Below, piece after piece: positions 58,820-64,000 of a stretch of 64,000 nt of DNA. Origin of the DNA: a virus (Duplodnaviria; Caudoviricetes). The number at the start of each line of letters is the position of its first letter. Position 1 is the stretch's first letter. The DNA lies in the IMG/VR virus record IMGVR_UViG_3300042556_001330, positions 397 through 64,396 of that record; one strand, given 5' to 3'. Both the position numbers and the translations under genes were made by a program. The notes beneath the pieces are model-generated. The model had not been told where the DNA came from. It saw only the letters and a program-made list of their open reading frames with translations, and made no database searches.

Positions 58820-59638
58820 ATGGAACAACAAAATGTAGAACAACAAGTTACTAGAGGATTAAGTGGATTTCAACAACAAGGACAAAAGTCATATCCATTT
58901 CCAACCGAAGTAATATCTTTACCATCAAAAGGATTATGTTATCCTGAAACATCTCCATTGTCAAAAGGAGAGATTACAATCAAATTAATGACTGCTAGAG
59001 AAGAGGATATTTTAACTTCTACAAATTTATTAAGAAAAGGAATTGTATTGGATAAGTTATTAGAATCAATTATAGTAGAATCAAATGTAAATGTTGGTGA
59101 TTTATTAATTGGTGACAAAAATGCAATATTAATTTCTAGTAGAATATTAGCATATGGACCAGAATATAATGTAACTATAAATGACCCAAATGAAAATGAA
59201 TCGGTTGATGTTAAGGTTGATATGTCTAAATTGAAAATAAAAGAAATAGATGAATCACTATTGAGTAGAACAAACGAATACCAATATGTGTTACCAAAAA
59301 CCGGAGTATCTGTTAAATTTAAATTATTAACTCATTTTGATGAACTTGCAATACAAAAGGATATTGAGGCTAGTGAAAAGGCCTTAAAACAATCCAATGA
59401 AATTACTACAAGATTAAGAAGAGTTTTAATCGAAGTTGACGGAAATAGAGATTTAGGATATATTAGTAATTTTGTTATAAATCAATTACAGGCAGCAGAC
59501 TCTCGTTCTTTGAGAAAATATATTCAAACATTAACACCGGATATTGATTTATCATTTGATTATACCTCACCATTTACGGGAGAGACGGAGGCTCTTAAAG
59601 TCCCAATAGGACTTGACTTTTTTTACCCTGCCGACTAA
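58820..59638 (+). CDS. Baseplate hub/tail assembly chaperone (T4 gp26-like)
   Basis: LPSKG..Y, MTAREEDIL, D..AIL..RI..YG, ends FFYP; between tube and tape measure. Confidence 0.75.
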   Translation: MEQQNVEQQVTRGLSGFQQQGQKSYPFPTEVISLPSKGLCYPETSPLSKGEITIKLMTAREEDILTSTNLLRKGIVLDKLLESIIVESNVNVGDLLIGDKNAILISSRILAYGPEYNVTINDPNENESVDVKVDMSKLKIKEIDESLLSRTNEYQYVLPKTGVSVKFKLLTHFDELAIQKDIEASEKALKQSNEITTRLRRVLIEVDGNRDLGYISNFVINQLQAADSRSLRKYIQTLTPDIDLSFDYTSPFTGETEALKVPIGLDFFYPAD

Positions 59639-59843
59639 TTATTCAACGGTATTACACCAACAAATATTTAATCTAATTTATAATTCCAATGGTGGTTTTA
59701 CTTGGAATGATGTATATTATATGCCTATTAAACTTAGAGAGTTTTATTGGAGAGAATTGTTAAAAGCAAAAGATGCAGAAGCTGGTGTTTATGAAAAAGC
59801 AATGAACAAAAATACAACCTCAAAGACATCAAGAAGAAGATAA
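59613..59843 (+). CDS. Second chaperone ORF, likely reached by frameshift
   Basis: No ATG start; overlaps the upstream ORF at a T7 run; GFTWNDVYYMPI..R.FY. Confidence 0.6.
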   Translation: MTFFTLPTNYSTVLHQQIFNLIYNSNGGFTWNDVYYMPIKLREFYWRELLKAKDAEAGVYEKAMNKNTTSKTSRRR

Positions 59844-59883
59844 AAAAGTATATCTAATATTTATTATAGAATAACTTTATTTA

Positions 59884-62676
59884 ATGGCTAAAAGTACAAA
59901 AAAATACAAACCAGTAACTACCGATAGTAGTGATAATTCTATGGAAAGAAGTATAACTTATTTCAATAAAAATGTCACCAACTTTACCGATTCAACAAAT
60001 GACCTTATAAGAAGTATAAATACATTTACTAAATCGGTAGATTCTTTTAAAAGTAGTGTAGAAGAACATAAAAAGGTTTCTAACAAAAAAGAAAAAGAAG
60101 ATAAATCAAATTCATCCGGAGGAAAAAAGAAAAAAGAATTTACAGAAAATAAAGCTTGGGCAAATAGAACACAAAAAGGATTAGACAAATTCCAAGCTCA
60201 AGCAAGTAAGTTAGGATTAAGTAGACTACAACAATTCACAACGGATGTATTTGGAAAGAATGCAACCAAAAGAATGACCAGAGGTATGGCTAAATTTGCC
60301 GGTTCTATTGGTCAAAAAGGTGGTGCCGGTGGATTGGGTAAAGCGGGTATTGGTAGAGCTATGAGTGGTTTGGGTAGTATGGCAGGTGGTATGCTTCGTA
60401 TGGCAGGTCCTGTTGGTGCTGTTGCGGGAGTTGCAAAAATGGCATTTGATTTTTGGGATAGTGGTGGACTTGCAAAATTGCAAACTTCCATGAAAATGCT
60501 TGGTGGAAATAAAATGCAGGGTTTGGGTGATTTGAAAGATGTAGAAGCTTCATTGGAAGGAACCGAACAAATGCGTAAACTAAACGCGGATTACAATTAT
60601 AAGGTACCTGTACAACTTAGACAACAAGCTGAGGATGATATGTTCAATTATAGAAAAGGAATTGAACAAGACCAATTAGGATATGACCAGAGTTTGGTTA
60701 AGGATAAGTTAGACCATGAACTGGGATTGAGAAAAGATGCATTACAATTCCAATTCTCACAGGCTATGGAAACATTGGATGCAGAGATAGATAAAAGAAA
60801 GGCAATAGCGGCATCCGGAATGTCTTTTATTAGTAAATACTCATCGATTTCAGAAAGAGCATTAAGAGCAATTGGTTCTTCAACCAAAGCTATAGTAGAA
60901 GGTATTGGTAAATTTCAATCTATATTTGGTGGAAGTGTAAAAGAAAGTTTTAAATTAAATGAAAATGCAGCTGGATTGGCATATCATTTTGGTGGAAGTG
61001 CAGATGATGTAATGAATATGACAAACCTATTTCGTTTGATGGGTAAAACCTCTGCAGAAATGGCACAAAATTTAATCAATGGTATAACTAAATTTTCTGA
61101 AGATAATTTATTGGCACCTCAAGTTATATTCAATCAAATTAAAGATGCGGGAGAAGATATATACAAATTTAGTAGTGGAACTGCCGAAAACTTTGCAAGA
61201 CAGGCCGGACTACTTACTAAAATGAGTGTATCTATGTCTCAAATGATGAAGGCATCGGATTCAATGGTTTTAAATTACAAAGATAGTATTAAAGCAGAAA
61301 TGAGTCTATCGGCTATGCTCGGAAAGAATGTAAACTTATCCGAAGTAAGAGCTAAGTTAATGTCTGGAGACCAAGCGGGAGCAGCATCCGCACTTAAGAC
61401 CGCTTTGGGTGGAGTAGACATAAATGCAATGAACGCCTTCCAAAAACAAGCACTTACTCAGGCTACCGGAATGGATGTATCGGCATTGATGGGATTACAA
61501 CAAGGTAAAGGTGGTGGATTGACGGCTGACTTAACTGCTGAAAAAAATAAAGGTAAAGCATTTGCAGAAGGTGCATTGCAAGCTGATATAAATGGTGCAG
61601 CTGCAAAATTAGCATTAGAACAAAAACAAAGAGAAAAATTATTAGCGTTTGAACAAAGGCAACGTTTAATTATGTTGCAATTAGAACAAGCTCAAAGACT
61701 TGATGGTATTGCCTTAGAACAAAAGTATAGAGCATTGGCAGCAGAAAAAGATTACAACTTTGCAAAACAAACTATGGCAGCAGAAGTGCAGGCAGACGCC
61801 GCATCAAGTTTTCTTACAAATGCAATGACAGGTAATGCATCTGCCTTAAATATTGCTGGTTTAAAGGACGCCGCGATGCAACAACCAATTCTTGATAAAA
61901 TTGCAGGAGTAGACAATGATGTAAGTAATTTAATAAAGGCAGGCCAAATTAAAGGGACGGATATGAAATTGGTTGAATATCTTACAAAAAAAGATGATAT
62001 TCTTGCCAATGTCCAAAACAAAACTCCTGAACAAATTCAAGCAGCTATAACAGCGGCATACGATAAAGTTTTTGCGGTTGAAAAGTCAAATTTAGAAAAA
62101 GCAGCAATCGCAGAGGAAAAAAGACAAGAAAGAATAGCAAATATTGCGAAGGCAAATGCCGAGTTAATGAACTCAGGTGCATCTGATAGAGCTCAAAATT
62201 ATCAAAAGTATAAAGATAAATACAAAGTTACTGAGGCTGAAGAAAAAGAAGCACAAGGCCTAGTTAAAAAGGGTGACCGCGGATATCAAGTAACGCAACC
62301 TGTCAAACCTACCATCACAACAAAACCTACTGTACAAACTAATGTTAATAAACCCGCTGCTAAAGATAAACCAGTTGTAAAACCTGAAGTAGCTAGTAAA
62401 CCAGTTGTAGACACACTTAAAACTACCGGTGAGAAACAACTAACAACTGTAACAAAGGGAATAGACATACAAAACAAAGAGTTAAGTGAAGCCCAATATA
62501 GTATAAAATTACAAAAAGAAATGGTTGCAATGTTGGGATTATCTGCAACTGCGTTAGCACTAATAGTAGAAAATACAAAGGGAGAAACCGGAAATGTTAC
62601 ATTGAATGGAAGATATTTAACTCAAAGTTTATTAAACTCAGCCCGTAGACAATATGGTGTAGCAAGAACTGCATAA
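59884..62676 (+). CDS. Tape measure protein
   Basis: 930 aa, helical, Ala/Gly/Gln-rich; downstream of tube and chaperones. Confidence 0.75.
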   Translation: MAKSTKKYKPVTTDSSDNSMERSITYFNKNVTNFTDSTNDLIRSINTFTKSVDSFKSSVEEHKKVSNKKEKEDKSNSSGGKKKKEFTENKAWANRTQKGLDKFQAQASKLGLSRLQQFTTDVFGKNATKRMTRGMAKFAGSIGQKGGAGGLGKAGIGRAMSGLGSMAGGMLRMAGPVGAVAGVAKMAFDFWDSGGLAKLQTSMKMLGGNKMQGLGDLKDVEASLEGTEQMRKLNADYNYKVPVQLRQQAEDDMFNYRKGIEQDQLGYDQSLVKDKLDHELGLRKDALQFQFSQAMETLDAEIDKRKAIAASGMSFISKYSSISERALRAIGSSTKAIVEGIGKFQSIFGGSVKESFKLNENAAGLAYHFGGSADDVMNMTNLFRLMGKTSAEMAQNLINGITKFSEDNLLAPQVIFNQIKDAGEDIYKFSSGTAENFARQAGLLTKMSVSMSQMMKASDSMVLNYKDSIKAEMSLSAMLGKNVNLSEVRAKLMSGDQAGAASALKTALGGVDINAMNAFQKQALTQATGMDVSALMGLQQGKGGGLTADLTAEKNKGKAFAEGALQADINGAAAKLALEQKQREKLLAFEQRQRLIMLQLEQAQRLDGIALEQKYRALAAEKDYNFAKQTMAAEVQADAASSFLTNAMTGNASALNIAGLKDAAMQQPILDKIAGVDNDVSNLIKAGQIKGTDMKLVEYLTKKDDILANVQNKTPEQIQAAITAAYDKVFAVEKSNLEKAAIAEEKRQERIANIAKANAELMNSGASDRAQNYQKYKDKYKVTEAEEKEAQGLVKKGDRGYQVTQPVKPTITTKPTVQTNVNKPAAKDKPVVKPEVASKPVVDTLKTTGEKQLTTVTKGIDIQNKELSEAQYSIKLQKEMVAMLGLSATALALIVENTKGETGNVTLNGRYLTQSLLNSARRQYGVARTA

Positions 62677-62690
62677 TATTTAGAATAAAG

Positions 62691-62718
62691 ATATTTATAG
62701 TAAATACTACTATTTATA
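62691..62718 (+). promoter_or_regulatory. Tandem putative late promoter motifs
   Basis: ATATTTATA at 62691 and TATTTATA at 62711. Confidence 0.55.
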
Positions 62719-62719
62719 A

Positions 62720-63898
62720 ATGGCAACAATACAAGATTTATTTAAATCACAACAAAAAGAACTTTACGGAAAGACTGAAAATATCAGAATTGAAAGTAGA
62801 GGTTTGATTAATCCACAAAGAGGAGCTGCATTACTTGCATCATCTCCGGATGCCATTGCAGATTTAATTGGAGGACAAATTGGTGGTGCAATAGGTGGAA
62901 GTGCAAATAGACCATCAGATACTATATTTAGAGGAAAGGGTGTTTTTAATAAACCAATATCACTAGGAAGAACACAACAGGGATTAAGAAATGCAATAGA
63001 ACCAGGAAAGGATTATTTTGTAAAACAATCACCATCACCTGCATCAATTTTAGCAACTTTAAATCAAGGTGCATCAAATTTACAAGGTGTTGCAACCAAT
63101 CTTGCAATTAATGCTGTTACAAAAGGTGGGTTGAAAAATTTGGCAAATTCATTAAAAAAACCAAAACCACAATTATATAGTAATAAGAATAAATTTTCAA
63201 AAACCATAGATATAAATAAACAGTGGGATACTGATTTGGTTCAAAATATTGATAAAATTGAAGCTGATAAGTTAAGTGAGTTTATACAAAATTATACAGG
63301 TAAAAATCAAGTATTGGTTTTGTTTAAAAAGTATGGTACATCAACTACAATACCATTTGAAGGAACTATTAATGGATTGAGTGAAGATGTTCAACCAGAA
63401 TGGACTAATTTTAGATATTTGGGTTCACCATTTAAAGTAAATAGATATCAGGGTGTTGAAAGAAGTTTAAAATTTAATTTAAAATTGTATTATCAAACCA
63501 ATGGCCAAAAACAAAATATGGTTAAAAAGATAAACTATTTAAAATCATTGGCATTTCCATATGAACAAATTTCTGAAATGACATATGGTGGTGAAAAACA
63601 AATATCACAATATGCTTTTTCACCAAATTTAGTTTATTTATCAATTGGTGATATGTATAAAAATGTATTTGGATTTATTGAAAATTTATCGTTTTCAATA
63701 GAAGATAATGTTACATGGCCATCCAATTTTGATGACCCAACCGATACCTTTATGTATCCATCTGTGGTTAATGTTTCTATCGGTATGAAAATAATAGAAA
63801 ATCACAAAACAGAAACACAAAATGATATTACGAGATATAAATATGATTTTGATGGTAGAGGAATTGACAATGTTGTATCAGAAACAGTAGGAACATAA
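62720..63898 (+). CDS. Baseplate/tail tube initiator-like protein
   Basis: F...I.GLSE...PEW...YLG.....Y.G.ERSL.F; follows the tape measure gene. Confidence 0.65.
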   Translation: MATIQDLFKSQQKELYGKTENIRIESRGLINPQRGAALLASSPDAIADLIGGQIGGAIGGSANRPSDTIFRGKGVFNKPISLGRTQQGLRNAIEPGKDYFVKQSPSPASILATLNQGASNLQGVATNLAINAVTKGGLKNLANSLKKPKPQLYSNKNKFSKTIDINKQWDTDLVQNIDKIEADKLSEFIQNYTGKNQVLVLFKKYGTSTTIPFEGTINGLSEDVQPEWTNFRYLGSPFKVNRYQGVERSLKFNLKLYYQTNGQKQNMVKKINYLKSLAFPYEQISEMTYGGEKQISQYAFSPNLVYLSIGDMYKNVFGFIENLSFSIEDNVTWPSNFDDPTDTFMYPSVVNVSIGMKIIENHKTETQNDITRYKYDFDGRGIDNVVSETVGT

Positions 63899-63908
63899 AT
63901 AAAATTAA

Positions 63909-64000
63909 ATGGCAAATAGATATCAATATAGTCAATCATTACAAACTAAAGGAACTAAAAAAAAATATTTAGGAAGTGTTATTTATCCGAAAATAAAACC
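63909..64000 (+). CDS. 5' end of a probable baseplate protein (truncated by the window)
   Basis: MANRYQYSQSLQTKGTKKKYLGSVIYPKIK; open to the window end. Confidence 0.5.
   Translation, partial: MANRYQYSQSLQTKGTKKKYLGSVIYPKIK

Noticed and set aside
103-62477. Numerous minus-strand ORFs and the nested + ORF at 6195-6437
   Set aside because: They lie within well-supported + strand genes, have no recognisable motifs and look like antisense or alternate-frame shadows

Overview
A 64-kb, AT-rich, densely coding segment of a large T4-like myophage. All credible genes are on the + strand. The host is most likely Bacteroidota, based on a Bacteroidota-type bS21, A-rich and mostly SD-less starts, and D-S/T-hydrophobic motifs in exported proteins. 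Gene order: tail end of an NDP-sugar/SGNH cluster (1-4.5 kb); a 1410-aa multi-domain protein; three membrane or exported proteins; terminase; portal; small head-associated proteins around the prohead protease; a bS21 gene missed by the ORF track; scaffold and major capsid; neck and terminator genes; a ~26-kb array of Ser/Thr-rich fibre and LamG proteins containing a GT-B glycosyltransferase and a Hint-domain protein; then sheath, tube, chaperone pair, tape measure and baseplate. An ATATTTAT(A/T) motif precedes most transcription units. The most interesting signals are: (1) fibre genes ending in D-x-G-x-F/Y that are always followed by a gene starting with a (K/R)R(G/S) domain, suggesting tag/catcher chaining; (2) head proteins built as L/I/V-x-E-punctuated polyproteins, one with nucleotidyltransferase, HExxH and ligase-like modules; (3) two probable programmed frameshifts; (4) a virion-wide (S/T)-(G/A/S)-S motif beside a glycosyltransferase; (5) bS21 followed by a structured leader. 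All calls come from reading motifs by eye; no searches were run.
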